A DNA stretch of 64,000 nucleotides from Fimbriosthenelais zetlandica (GCA_977030845.1 OZ365111.1:25544001-25608000), one strand, 5' to 3'. Positions 38,384-52,190 are shown, numbered from the stretch's first letter. Notes: generated by a model from the sequence alone, not told the origin. Made by a program: numbers and translations.

Positions 38384-41300
38384 TACTAATTTAATCGATT
38401 TTGAGATTTGAATGCGCCGGTGAAAACGTTTCAGTTTGGCATGAATTTATATTACACTCTCACACAGCAGATTCTTAAACAACAGGTATTACTGCGAAGT
38501 TCCTGCTCATTGCACCAACTTCATAATGATCGAATGGCTAAATGCTTGCATATAACCATGTATAGCTCTATAATACATCATGCAGGAGAAACGCACGCCT
38601 CCAGTGTGTGGCCAACTTAATGAATTAGCACAACCTTAACTCACGGCAGACTCCCACCCGATTTATTACCAACTTAACTCTATAGGTCAATACATCTCCC
38701 CAACCTTCATCAGATATTTCAAACTAAAAGTAGTGAAAGAATCACCCTTCGCTTTACAAAATCTCACACCCTACCGAAGTCCATCCCCGGAATTAATGAA
38801 GCAAAATTATTCCTATCGCCGAAAAAAAAGTGAAATTGAGTTATTGAGGAAGTACTTTACATTCACCTCAACTGTCTTCATTAAAATACCCATCATTTTC
38901 CTCCCTGACTCCTCTCTCGCCCATTTATTTGAGGACCTAATTCACAAATCTCAAACCAATTATAGCCGGCGACATGACTAACTTAAACCCCTGACTGGAA
39001 GTGCCGCTGTGGAAGGCAAAGTTGGATATTTAACAGTAGCAGAAAGGGCATCACAGTATTTGTCTCATTATCTTATTATAGCAGTACACGGATTAGCACT
39101 TACCGTTTCCCTCGCCGGCCATTTTCCCATCTGGTCCAGTTAGACACTGATTGCCAAGGTCAGGAGGCTGATGTCACAAGGTCAGCAGGGTCGGCAGTAG
39201 GTGACCTCGGTCCTGTACGTGTGGTGTGTTGACATTCTCACTCCACTTCTACTCATTATTATCTCCATTCAAACTGGCCACTGGCTAACAGTGGGCAGTA
39301 GTGTCAATAGATTCCTTACAAATCCCAGATTGGCAATGCTGCCAGGGAGGGATCGAAGAAAGTGGAATTCCCATGAATTTCCTTCACAATTTGCCTAGAA
39401 TAATCGGGATATGAGTTCATATTATATTTATGGCACTCTCTGATCACTGTTGCCTGAACCCAAAATAAACAATTAGCCTCGACCCAAGCTAGAGTCTATT
39501 TGTAACAGTAGCCTATTGGAATGGAACAACCATCAATTGAACAAATGGCTTGCAGAGATTATGTTTTGGATATGCTTCAGATAATTATGTGTACACACTG
39601 TTTTGGGTCTTGGCTCTTTCTGGCTCTTTCTGATCCTTCCACATTGTTCATCATAGCATCTGTACCTTACCCACCTCCTTATCTGGCCAGCCATCTCTGA
39701 GTACAAGGATAAGAGCCTGCACTCTGCCCTGTCAGTGTCAATTAACTCAGATGAGCTTAGATGGGCTGCAGGTGCATGATACGGTGGTCCAAAACGTCCT
39801 AGACAATAGATGAATAGGCGCCCTTTATACTGGGACGTCTAACCTCTCACGGTATATGTGTATTACTACGCGCTACTGTGCGGATGACACTAAATGACTC
39901 CGTGATTTGGTCATTTGAGAATTAGAATGACATTTGATGATAATATGAAATTGAAACTGAAAAAGGCGAAAAGATCTGAAACTATTGAGGGTTGAAGGAG
40001 AAAATAAGTGAACAATTTTACAATTTGAAATGTTTATTCGAAGATAATTTTGTAAAGAAGGAAAGATGAATTAAATGTTCTTATAATCTTCAGAACAACA
40101 AAAGAGAGTGGCGCTGCACTGGAGTAGGCCTACAGGCTTTAGGGTGGGGAGGTAAGGTATATAAGGTAGTCAGGTAAGAGGCACGTAGCATCATCCATCT
40201 CCTAATCCCGGCTCTCTACGTCCTCCCTCCACCACTCATTACTCACAATTACTCTCAACTTCCTTAATTAGGGACGATGGAGGCTAATTCACAGTGGCTA
40301 ACTCAATCCCTAGATATCCCCGTATTACATAGACCTTACCTACCCGAGTCTATTGGTTTACACAAAAGAACTCTAGCTTTCTATATATTTCCTGTCAAAT
40401 TGTAGAAAATGTCAGAAAATGCATGACATCTCGATGACTGCTGACAAACATAGTAAAAAGTTTCATTTTGGTAATATACATTACAACTGAAGTCTACAGG
40501 CATGCATTGCTGCATCGTGGGACTTAATCCACTGGTATATGCCCTAAACCTATTCTCCCAATCAAGTGGAGTTAGTTATGGCAAAAAATGCGAATTTTGG
40601 TACAAAATCTGGGGTATGAACATAGCTGGGAGTAATACTTTTCATTTTAGAAGGGTGCACATCTTGAAATATGAAAACTTGCCATGGCAACCGTTTTAAT
40701 TCTGATTTTGGGGTATTTTAGCTCAAAATAATTTTGCTCATTGAACCATCAATATCAAGATCAATTGCCTTTTTGCTTTTATGGAAAAGGAAAATTAGCA
40801 ATAATAAGTCTATGGCTAATATTTGTGTTGAAACAGGTCCAGGTCGCATGATGGGTCGCAGGCAATACTGGGATAGACAGCCTTGCTTTAGGAAGGTGGG
40901 ATCTTTTCGTAGAAACATTCCCCCGTGTAATGGTGGGCCGTATAGCCCTGATCATGAGCCTACTTTCCCCCAGATCCCAATCAATCCCTGCCCCGCACCC
41001 AACATCTATACGATCTTAAGTCGCGACAGATTGCCATGTCGATCACAGATCCCTTCTCTTGACCGGTCACAACTTTAAAACTTTGATCGCATCTAAGACC
41101 AACTTTTTCCACCCGGCCACTGTTATTGGATACACAATTACATCCATACCTCGTTCGACCGGCCTATTATGTCCCTAAAATCGGTAAAAGACCACCGTCG
41201 ATATCGTTGTTTGACATCTTACGCGATCGTCGCTCGGACACGGGGAATCTTTGTTCCACAATCAAGAAGCATTGAACACCCGTGTTTTAAGACTGGATGT

Positions 41301-44116
41301 CAATATTTACCCGAGCGACCCAGACCCATCACGTAATAGAAACAAGGGCCACAGATCATGCCTGAGAAAAAGAAACATGGCTGGCAGGACGCATGCCCGG
41401 GCGCCGTGTTTCCGGTTCCTGTTCTCTCATCACAGAGGTGGGGCTGTGTTTGCTGATGGTCTTTGTTGGAGAAGTGGACAAAGGAAGGAGGGTGGGAAAG
41501 GAGTGGGGTGTTTTAAAGGTACAGGCGTTTATGAAGGGATTAAAGCATGATCTAACCTAGCACAGGAGGTGCAATATTATGGTTCTATAAATTGATATGA
41601 AATATATAGCCATTCCGCCCCAGAGGGATCCCTACGTCCTTCCGCGAATACAAAAATGTCCCTGAAAGAACAGAAATACTTAGTGTTTGTTTTTCATTTG
41701 TCTTCCTTTTTCTTTTTCCTCTCGCTTATTTTAATACAGCGAGGAAAAAGTACCCTGTGTTTCTTCACATGAATCTATTAAAGGACTCCCATGGGGATTT
41801 TCCTGGAAAATCTTATCCTTTTGGGGAAATTGAAATTTGGAAGATATATATATCAATGTCTTCGAATTATAGTATGTGTATATATGGCGCAGAGTTCAAT
41901 TGTATCCACGAGTGGGACTGCTGGGGGCCAATGAAAGTGTTAGAGTGCATGGATTGAACAGGCAGGTGTTAAGGAAATATTGGATATCAAGTTACAAATA
42001 TGTGTTAATATGAAGACTGTCGGGGGGTAACCTGAGCCTGTTCAAGCATCTGTAAGCTCTCAGGTCGGCTGTGATCTTGTCAACTGCTTTCACACGTTTC
42101 GGCTTCTCTCATCTGATGGTGCGGGGGCGGGGATCATGTCGAGGGCTGGAGCTGGGACCGGAGTGCAATTTGCCTTGCAGAGGCAGTTCGACTCACATAT
42201 TTCAGTCCACATTTATACGTTTTCTATTACATTTTAGCTTCATATGCATATTGAACCTTATAGTACATGGCAAATTCTGCAAGGCCTCTATAAATAGGTG
42301 CGTTTCTTTTACATAAAATGAACGAAGGAAGAAAATAATTGTGTAAAATATGACTTATCATAGGTTATTATGATACAGAACATCGATTGCAATGGTATAA
42401 ACGAGGGATGCTTATACATACTTTTAGTGAAGAGAATAATTTTGTAAAACCATGACATGAAATATGATACAGAACATCGATAGCAATTTGAATAACAGAA
42501 GTCGAGGAAGTTAATAACGGTACCAAAGTTTATTCTTGTCACAGGACAATGACACAAGGAGTGAATGATACGTGTAGGGGTAAGACCGTATGCTTCCACA
42601 ATAAATAACATTGAATAACAGCAGGGAGAAGGTTATGAGAACACTGAAATACACCAATCATGGCTGCCGTAATCACCCCCATACCCTCCTAGTGTAGTAA
42701 TTCGTTACAAATCATACTCTCTCTAAAGCGACCGTTCCAGAATACGGTTACCATAAACTCAGTCAAATGTGACCGTATTGGAGAGTGCCAATAGGACTAA
42801 ACCTTCCATCTGTTTTTGGAAAAAAATTGTTTTAATTTATATCTTGATTGTATTTATTACATTGCCTATGAAGATGAATTCATTAAAGCGACCATCCCGT
42901 TGTACGACCAGAATAAGGAAAGTCCCTAATGTGGTCGCATTGCTGGGAGTCCACTGTATGCAGTGGCACTCTCCAAACGTCCCTTATTTTTGGAAGAATT
43001 GTTTTGATTTTTAACTTGATTTCAACTATGGATTTATTACATAGGTTATCAAGATGAAATCTGATCACACATACATACCTCAAGACAAACATCACAGAAA
43101 ATTAATTTGAAATGAATGATAACTCACGGACATGGGGGAACTGTTACGATTTCTAAAAAAATATATTGCAAAGCCAGTAATATGCCCTGACCAATAACTC
43201 CTCTTCTGCAATAAGTTTTAAATTTTACAATTTAAATATGCAAAAATAATCACTTAATATTTTAATGTTAGAATAAATGGTGGGAATTTCTAATGGCATT
43301 AATTTTCAATAAAACATACAGTTTACCTCACATGGGATTTTCACCACATATACTATACACATATATTCTTAAGCTGACATTCATTGCAATTTTTATCATA
43401 CAAATTCACCTACAGAAACAGAAATACATCACTAAGATGTGATTCTATTTGATATCACAGTCATTAATTCCCTTATAAATTAAGTGGAAATAAATCTTAA
43501 CCAATTATGACACATGAATCTTATCTACCGTCTACTATTAAATAATGTACTTATAAACAATGCTACCAATGACCAACGGCTCTCCTACCGTAAAGCCTAT
43601 TTGGTAAGTGGAAACTCAAACAAACTAACTCACAGACCCTTACGGTAATGATAATGATTTTATAATGACAACGACTTATCGTTTCAGACTGTATTATATT
43701 ACATCTAGGACCCTTTTCATAAGGATTTCAAAACTGTCCAACATTAGCTGCACTACAATAGTTCATTTCCCATACAGTTTATGTACCTTATCTAATCAGG
43801 GGTGGATCCAAGGGGCGACCGTACAATTTCCTCCCTTTTTCGCCCAATTTAAATATTTCTTGGGCCACCACCCTCGTCTCCCAGGCTGACCTCCATCCCA
43901 ACCGCCTTACACAATCCCAGATCCCCCCTCGTATCTTAAAGGGATAGAAAATCTGACCAGTACCTGCGCCATCTTTCCACATGTCCTTATGAGAAGGGCC
44001 CATGTTCTTGACTAATAACCTGAACCCACTGAGCTACGATCTCCCTACAATCTGCTTTAATACGAGCCAATTACAACAAACTATCATGGACATAGAGGTG
44101 GTAACGGAATGTAATA

Positions 44117-44331
44117 CAGGCGCGGATTTAGGGGCGGCGCCCCCCCCCCCCCTATTTTTTTTAGGGTTAACTTAACCCTAACCCTAGGTTTTAGCGCTAG
44201 GGTTAACCCAAACCCTAGGTTTTAGCGCTAGGGTTAACCCTAACCCTAGGTTTTAAGCCCAACCCTAGGGTTAGTCCCTAGCGTTAGGGTTCCCGCCCCC
44301 CCCCCCCCGAAAAATCCTGGATCCGCCCCTG
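44117..44331. mobile_element. MITE with GGATCC-type TIRs and internal telomere-like (TTAGGG/CCCTAA) palindromic repeats
   Basis: caggcgcggattta / cctggatccgcccctg termini, TAATA on both flanks, poly-C sub-termini, three ~38-bp tagggttaaccctaaccctaggtttt units. Confidence 0.8.
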
Positions 44332-44477
44332 TAATATGTAGAATGACATGTCCCTTACCTGTTCGTTACCACCCCTAACGTGATATATGTATATGAATCT
44401 TAAAATTCACCATGCAGTACGATCGTAGACTGGAGGCAATAAGATCGTAAGCTGTGGGTTCAGGACATAAAGTACTT

Positions 44478-44815
44478 TCAGACGGCCATCAGCTCCTCTG
44501 TATCCAGCCCCACCACGTCTATCGGCTCCTCACTTATCTTCTCATGTACATTCATGTTAATATCAAGCTGGCCTCGTCCTGAGAACATGGGATCACGTGA
44601 CAGGTCCATCATCATGTGACTATGAGCACTTCCGGTGGCGGCTGGTGGTGGTGGTGGCGCTGCTGTAGGTGGCGCGGCGGCGGCGGTGGTGGTGGTTGTG
44701 GCGGACTGTGGGCTGGCGCTGCAGCAGGTGTAGCTGGCCACGTGTCTGTCGCGTGATGAGGGGTTGGCGAATCTCTGACCACATCTGTCACAGGAGAAGG
44801 GTTGAGTGGTGTCAC
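44478..44815 (-). CDS. PRDM14: PRDM14 putative alternative terminal exon (extra C2HC finger, Thr/Ala/Pro tract, EEPIDVV tail)
   Basis: Acceptor ...caccgctag|GT at 44816-18; phase 1 matches the donor at 46105; 338 nt open to stop: GDTTQPFSCDRCGQRFANPSSRDRHVASYTC...EEPIDVVGLDTEELMAV*. Confidence 0.72.
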
Positions 44816-44942
44816 CTAGCGGTGGTTTGAGAGATAACAAGCAGAGATAGCTCTACTGGTACTGTCACCAACCACTATATCCCAGATAACCTACCTACAG
44901 TTACCTAGACGACTCACATAATCAATGCTCCCTGTTTCAAAA

Positions 44943-45142
44943 CGAATATTAGCCATAGACTTAGCATTGCTATCATTCCTTTTGAAACAGGTCTCTGGTG
45001 TTGTACAATGACCTGGGGCTTGTTTCATAACAATTGCTTTAGCGTATGGTACTGAAACAGGACCATGAATTTGGCAATCTCGCCGTAGAAATCTCGTCAA
45101 GAAAGAACGAATATTAGCCATAGACTTAGCATTGCTATCATT
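44943..45142. repeat. 36-bp direct repeats bracketing a tttcataa-type MITE fragment
   Basis: acgaatattagccatagacttagcattgctatcatt at about 44943 and 45107. Confidence 0.75.
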
Positions 45143-46094
45143 ATTATCATATTTTTTATCATTATTTGGCGTATCAGGTCATTGCAGAACAATGTTTAAC
45201 CTATGGATGTGACCCATTTGTCTGTCAGTGTCAGACATGTTGCCCCCATTGGTACTCACGCACACCTTCAGCGCTGAAATTCCATTGCAGAATTTAGGGT
45301 CTCATGGTATGTAAGAGCACCAAGAGTGTGTGTCGTAGGTGGCAATGTCTGTTGTCCAATTTGAGCTTCGATTTGGCCGAAAATGGTATTGCTTTTGAAC
45401 TAAATATGACAGACTGAATAGTCCAGGAAGCATTCATTATAGCTGAATCGTAAGTAACTGTAAGTTGACCTGTTAGATAATTCCCAAGATGCATGAACAC
45501 AATTGTAAGTGATCTTACTTTTTCATATATCGAAAAGCATGAAAAATATGCACAAACCAATGCATTGGCATTGGATCGTACATTGCTTATAATTATAAAA
45601 CGCCCATTGGGGCCTTTTGGAACAAAACAGTTTCGTTTCAAAATGGTCTTTTGGCGGGTATTTTCAAATGTGTTCATGATCGATATTCTGTTAGTTGCAA
45701 TAAGCTTCTCTTGTGCTTTTATGCAAAATGAGATCCTACCACCAGTCGTTAGGTTAAGTTAGTAATTAACTAAAGACCCAGAAATACTACATAAATCCCC
45801 AAGTACTGTTTTCTTGAGAAAAAAGTGCTTGGACAATAGCTTGTCATTGCATTGCCCAACCACTGTTTTTCTCAAAAATATTGCTTGTACAATACAATCG
45901 CTCGACGAGGGTACCCTCGCCAATGACGATTTACTTGTACAACACCCTATATAGCTGTAAGCGATCTGTGACTGTAGGACAGTATGGGACTGATTTATAC
46001 ATTATGCTAAAATTGATCTAAATTATGATCTATCTTCTTATAATTATGATGATCTTTTATTAGTGAAAAGATGAGTAAACTATAACCAGGAATG

Positions 46095-46259
46095 TTAGCA
46101 CCTACCATTGTGCATGTTCATGTGGAACTTGAGTTCGTAGGCCTGAGAGAATGTTTTCCCACACACGCTACAAACGCACGGTTTGTCTTTGGTGTGTGTT
46201 CGCCGGACATGGCTGTCGTGGGCTGCATGGGATGCAAACGCCTTCCCACAGTGGCGACA
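46095..46259 (-). CDS. PRDM14: PRDM14 exon encoding ZF5-ZF6 (ends at 46106 if spliced on; TAA at 46097-46095 if terminal)
   Basis: tttatttacag acceptor; CRHCGKAFASHAAHDSHVRRTHTKDKPCVCSVCGKTFSQAYELKFHMNMHN; FASHAAHDSHVRR is diagnostic of PRDM14. Confidence 0.96.
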   Translation of the reverse strand, partial: CRHCGKAFASHAAHDSHVRRTHTKDKPCVCSVCGKTFSQAYELKFHMNMHNGRC

Positions 46260-49200
46260 CTGTAAATAAAAAACATCAAAAATACACATTAAAGTTTGTC
46301 TAATTCATGAGCGATTTAGAGGAAATGACCTTCAACTAGTTCGGGTCCCCAAGAACGGGTCCCGAGACCTACCCCCAAGATTGCCCTTTTGCATTCCTTG
46401 ATGAGGATGGAAATCTTTCAGGATAGGGGGAGTTTTTATAAAGGAAGATTAAATAGGTAACTTTCGCAAGTCAGATTGAAATCCAAACACCTTGCATCAT
46501 TGCTGCTGAGGGACATTTCTGCTTGAAATTTCAAAGATGTCATTTTCCACAGGAGCGCATAAATTCGAACTTGAAGCGTCTCTGAATGCTGCAATATTGA
46601 CGAGTACTATATAGTATCTGACAAGTGTGGTATCTTTTAGTTGTCAGTCTGAATAATTGCCAACATACAAGCACATCCACAGGCTTTATTTCATAACGAG
46701 AATATGCTGCATATATATGCTTTATGTAGACTGATCTTTATTATGCAACAATCCCCTGCTTTCTCTGCCCTTGATGACCTAACCATAGAAAAATGGGATA
46801 TTGGAACTGAGTGCAACAGACTGTAAAGTCAAATTTTAACTTTTGCCGGCATCAATTTATCAGAATCTAAGTATTGATCAGTCGATGAAGCAGATTTTTG
46901 CTCTCATTTCCCCTGATCGTGAGTTCCTCCGGGCAGCGGACCCTGATAAAAATGTCGTCTGTGTGCAGGTTTTTGGCGCCATGTTTACATCGAGAGGTTG
47001 TGTACACCTTTATGATAGGAACTGCCCAAGTTTGCTTTCACGCGCCTGATGGAACAGGCGACTGCACCTACCAGCCACAGTCAATAAAACAAATATCCAT
47101 TTCACTGAGTTTGGATAGGGATGTATCCACTCTGCACCGGTTCACTTCTCGGGGCTGTCGCCCAGCCAAACTTCGCCTCCTTTCAACGCGCGTTTTGAAT
47201 AATGTCCTCCGGAATCAACAAATCCAATATGGCGGCCATACTGTGTACTCATCCGCGCGATCGTTAGGCACTGTTTGGTTGGACCCGGCGTCTTTTAGTT
47301 CCCTTAAACTCGGTTTTCATTGAAGGGAAGGATGGAAAGTAAACGAGGTTGGTCGGGCGCATTCATACATGCTAGGGAGCACCTATCACGCCGGCACTAT
47401 TTGCATGGGCCGCGCATTGATAACGCACGCACTGACATTGAGGCGTCAATGGGCTGGATCAATCCGCGATCACATAGAGTGCCGCCCTGGGGACTAGAGA
47501 TTTTATATAGTGAAGCAATATGTCGAAAAATACCGGCCAACACTTGAAAAGTCAGCAAGTGCAAAACTATTGAAAGCATGGGTAAGAACTCTATAAAAGG
47601 TTAGGAGGGGGGATCTGGTGGATTTGTGGTTGGCACGACTATCTTGTAGCTATTTGGTACGATTTTATCCTAGGTAAACAGTGTTTCGGTTATAGAAAGG
47701 CAAGAGGGGGTGATAAAAGTGGCATTCTGGGGAAATGTGGGTGCCGAAAGCTGCAAATTATGCCATCTTTTAACACTTATATCAAAACTAAATGTGTCCA
47801 AAACAGTTATCTGGGTAATCAGACTTGATTTGTAACTGACAGGGAAACATTTTGTACTTTAATTCAAGATCATTGTTCACTAATCGTTAGCTTAACAAGT
47901 TTTTCGATTTCAGTGATCGATAACATTCATATTTTCCTTTTATGGAACGCGCATCTTTTCCATATGAAGAATTTAGTACTCAATCTGCCTCAAAATACAT
48001 AACAACTCTAGTGCAGATGGAGAGTCTAAGTAGATAATGCATTAATAGATAAAGAATATGGATATTTTGTCTCCCATTTTGACAGACTGTGCCCCAGTAT
48101 AGACCTGCACGACCCCAGGGACAAAGCCCAGTGTTGCCACCTTGAATTTACACTAGTCATCCGCGCCAACACAAAACACCAATATGTTGACTGAGTGCCT
48201 GAAATATTTTTGTCATTATGTTTGCATGGCACATGCAAAAAAGGTCAGATGTGGCTCATAATATATATAAAGTATTAACCACGGTGGAAAGGTGGTTCAG
48301 GTGGGGGAGGAGGTGCATGACAAAGTATGTGCAAGGTCACTCCTGAAAAGTACAATCAAAATATTGTCCCTGTCTAAGCTGAACTGAGAACTCATTTTTG
48401 TTTTTTTTTCAGAATTCGAATACTGTCTCGATTTGATAAATTTTGAACCTCAATTCTGTAAAACAAGGAAATTTCTAGTCTCATAATGTGCACAGTGTAC
48501 ATGCAATCGAGTTTTAAATGACGATCACTAAAGCACAATGCGTCCACTAAATTATCAAAACTATTCAAATGATCCATTCCGATATACGACCACAATTCCA
48601 AGTGTTGGTCGCATTCGGGATTCCAGTGTAAACTTGAGACACATCCACCCCTTCAATCTGAGGAAACATGTTTTCCCCTGTACTTGAAGGGACCAAAAAA
48701 CAAGCTCAACAAAGCCAGATTGTGTAAGAGCACTTCGTTCTATGACATTGTTGATCATAGTCCTTGAAAACCTGCGAAATTCAAAACCACCGGTAGCGAA
48801 AATATTGATATTTCTTTGTCCCGCTCCGTGATGCAATAACACCTTCTCAGCCCACTAGAAACTGTATATCTTTGAGGTGTTTTATAGTATAACCGGGTAA
48901 AAATTATGTCATAGAAGCAGCTATTATTATGAGCACGTTATAGCACAGCTGTACTAATATGGTTCAATACAGAGAAGGTGATAGTAGTCACACTGTATAG
49001 GGTGGAGAGAGAGGTGCATTTGATACCCTTGCCCGACTGTAACCTAACTCCCATCCCTACAACACCCTCCAAATACAGAGTTCAAAGGTCATCAAAGAAA
49101 CCCGATGATCAGCACACAAATAATATCTTAACCTTCACCCTTTTTCCCAACAAAGGGCAAAACAATGTAACCCTTTCTGTGTTTGCCCATTGGGGTGTTT

Positions 49201-49629
49201 CGCGCATTGAAGTCTCACTTATTGGGGGTTTTTAGTGGGAGCTTTTTAGCTACAGCCATGGAACCTGACCCCAATTTCTTAGGGTTAGTTCTAAATTATG
49301 TTTGATGTAAAATGTACTTAGGCTGTAATTGGGAATGTAATCCGCATGTCTTGGGTAATAAAATGTGAATATTACCAAAATACACCTGGCTCATGCCATA
49401 TAATGCGGATATTCATGAACATAAATGTTCAAATTTACTCGTACTCAAACACAGCTGCTACAATTATTATAAAATCTCGTTCATTATGAGATTTCGAGGT
49501 TTTCTTAGAAGTAAAAGATCTGAAAAAAATATGGCCAAACAAAGTAGGTGTGGTAGTTAGAATCTATATAGGTTTCAGTACTGAAGGGCCCTATTATAAA
49601 TATGGGATTTCTTTATTCATTTATTCTTA

Positions 49630-49986
<357 letters not shown>

Positions 49987-50247
49987 TCAAACGATGGATG
50001 GCATGCTGTCCAGGAGTAGGCTGGACGGCGACAGGGTAGTGTCGCCGCTTAAGCCATTATTTTATTAGATCTGAACGGTGTCAGACTGTTGAAAATCTGG
50101 GATTTGTAAAAGTGTGTCGTACAGTTCACAGAAACCATTTTCTGAAGCAATACATTTATCTCATCTGTTTGCAAAAGGTAGAATAGGAGATTGTGCTAAG
50201 TTAATGGCTGGTTTCAGATTATTTTTTAGAATTTTTGGAGGACTCAC

Positions 50248-50374
50248 CCGCATGTGTTTGTTGAGAGAGGAGCTTTGGGAGAAAGACTTTCCACACACGG
50301 TACATTTGTGGGGTCTGTGTTTCTCGTGTACGTGTAGAATATGTATCCGTAATCTGTCTCTCTTCTCAAAAGAT
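50248..50374 (-). CDS. PRDM14: PRDM14 exon (ZF2 end, ZF3)
   Basis: 127 nt, AG/GTGAGT; [43 protein letters not shown]. Confidence 0.97.
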
Positions 50375-50727
50375 CTGAAAAATTGTTAAATGAAAAAAAA
50401 CCCATTTAATTGTTGCATTAGAACATTTAATTGTTACCTTATAAAAATATCCAAGCTTCGTTCGTTACAAAAGAAAGACCATAGATTAAACTTGGCCAAT
50501 ATCTTTTTAAATGTGGTCCTATCTGTTTCCCTTACTAGAAAACCAGGCGTTGTTTCATAACAGAAAATGCACTGCATGCCAATGGTAGGAGGCAGTCCAG
50601 TACGCCTATGTCTATGACTCTTTGGTTTCTCTTGAAGCAACTGTAGGCAATTGGAACAACTAGGCAATTGGAACAACTAAGCAATTGAAACAATTATAAG
50701 TAATGAATGACTATATGAAAAGCTCAC

Positions 50728-50857
50728 CTGGTACATAGATGACATGGAAATTTCCTATCACCTTGATCCACACATCGCGTGTATTTAAGATGTTTGTCTC
50801 TGTAATATCTATAAGCGAACACCTTGCCACACCTCTCACACTGGTAACCCTCGCTGT
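50728..50857 (-). CDS. PRDM14: PRDM14 exon (ZF1, ZF2 start)
   Basis: 130 nt, AG/GTGAG; SEGYQCERCGKVFAYRYYRDKHLKYTRCVDQGDRKFPCHLCT. Confidence 0.97.
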
Positions 50858-51085
50858 CTGAAAACATGGACGAAATCATAAAATAGTTAGTCATAAAACA
50901 GATCTACAGTCGAAGACCCCCAAAAAAGATAAAATTGTCATATAAAAGGTGATAATTGTACTACAAACTACTTCAGCTGCAAAACACCACTGAGAAAAGC
51001 TGGGAGATCAAATTGAGAGGAGAATGTGTTACAAATCAATATGAAACAAAATATGAAAAATGGATTTGAATATACCAACTCTTAC

Positions 51086-51191
51086 TCTCGACTTCCTCCG
51101 TCTGCATGCCGTCTGCCATCTCCTTCAGAGCGACTGGGATTCCCATAAACTGTAGGTAGCAATCCCCATACCACACCAACAACTCGGTACC
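51086..51191 (-). CDS. PRDM14: PRDM14 exon (PR domain C-terminus)
   Basis: 106 nt, AG/GTAAG; GTELLVWYGDCYLQFMGIPVALKEMADGMQTEEVE contains the PR-domain ELLVWYG motif. Confidence 0.96.
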
Positions 51192-51725
51192 CTGAAAGAA
51201 TAGAGTCCGTGAATTTCATAATTAGCTGGGAACATACAGTGCGACCACCTCCATAAACCGACCACCCCCTAAACAAACCTGTAAAACGACCATGATTGTC
51301 TGCGTCCAATTTCCCTTCCTAAATGTATATTTAATGTACCCCTAAAGCGACTATCTTCTTATAGAGACAATTAACTTTTGGTCAGTCCCAATCACGGTCG
51401 AGGAGTGCTCTATCAATACATGTATGATATTGATACAATATGATCATTGTATCGATGCCCTACCTGACTAATACGAGGGCTAAAATTGCATTGCATAAAA
51501 CCTGGTCCTCGCGTTAACTTTTTATTGTGGGAAATGTGATCGCACCATCTTGGTCCATGAACATTTTTTGTGATTTTTCAGCAGGATCGAACCATGAATG
51601 TAATCATGCAAGAGGTGGCAAGGGCTCGAGAAATAACAAATCTTCATAGCCTATACGTGTATAAGGATTGTGTAATGATCTCAATGGGGTGCGGGGTGCA
51701 TGGCGCATCAAGCTAATGGACGTAC

Positions 51726-51887
51726 CTGAGGGATATCTTTGCAGGCCTCATAGTAGATTTCTCCGTCTGTTTGTACAGCCAGGAGGTTCTGCTCCTGGGC
51801 GTACCTCGCACAGTTAACATAGGCCATCCAGTTACCAGCACTACCACGACCATCTATAAAATGTGCCAACTTCCCATCCTGGAAAAT
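51726..51887 (-). CDS. PRDM14: PRDM14 exon (PR/SET core)
   Basis: 162 nt, phase 0-0; IFQDGKLAHFIDGRGSAGNWMAYVNCARYAQEQNLLAVQTDGEIYYEACKDIPQ (NWMxYVNCAR..EQNL motif). Confidence 0.97.
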
Positions 51888-52190
51888 CTGAAAAAATGAC
51901 ATTAAAATAAAATTTAAAACATTAATTTAATGATTATTAAACCTAAATAAAAGACCTAACTGATAGAATCAAACTTATAGATGACTCATAGATTCCAGGG
52001 CTAATCTTTCAAGTGATGAAAATAATGACCAAAATCACTCAAAATCCACCCAAAGGAGCATATTTTTCTCTCACAAGATGGAACAGGATGCTTTCACTTT
52101 CTACCAAAGTCTTTTGGTAGGGATTTGCAAGTTGTAACCTTAAACAAACAGATCACCATTGTAGCCTCGCTCTGGATCCAACCGCCACTG

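Noticed and set aside
45295-45738. Possible 444-bp MITE with tagggtctcat / atgagatccta ends
   Set aside because: Only an 11-bp imperfect inverted repeat and no TSD.
48561-48842. 93-aa ORF in a PRDM14 intron (also ORFs at 27244, 31386 and 46898)
   Set aside because: No recognisable domain, splice context or compositional signal; probably chance or decayed repeats.
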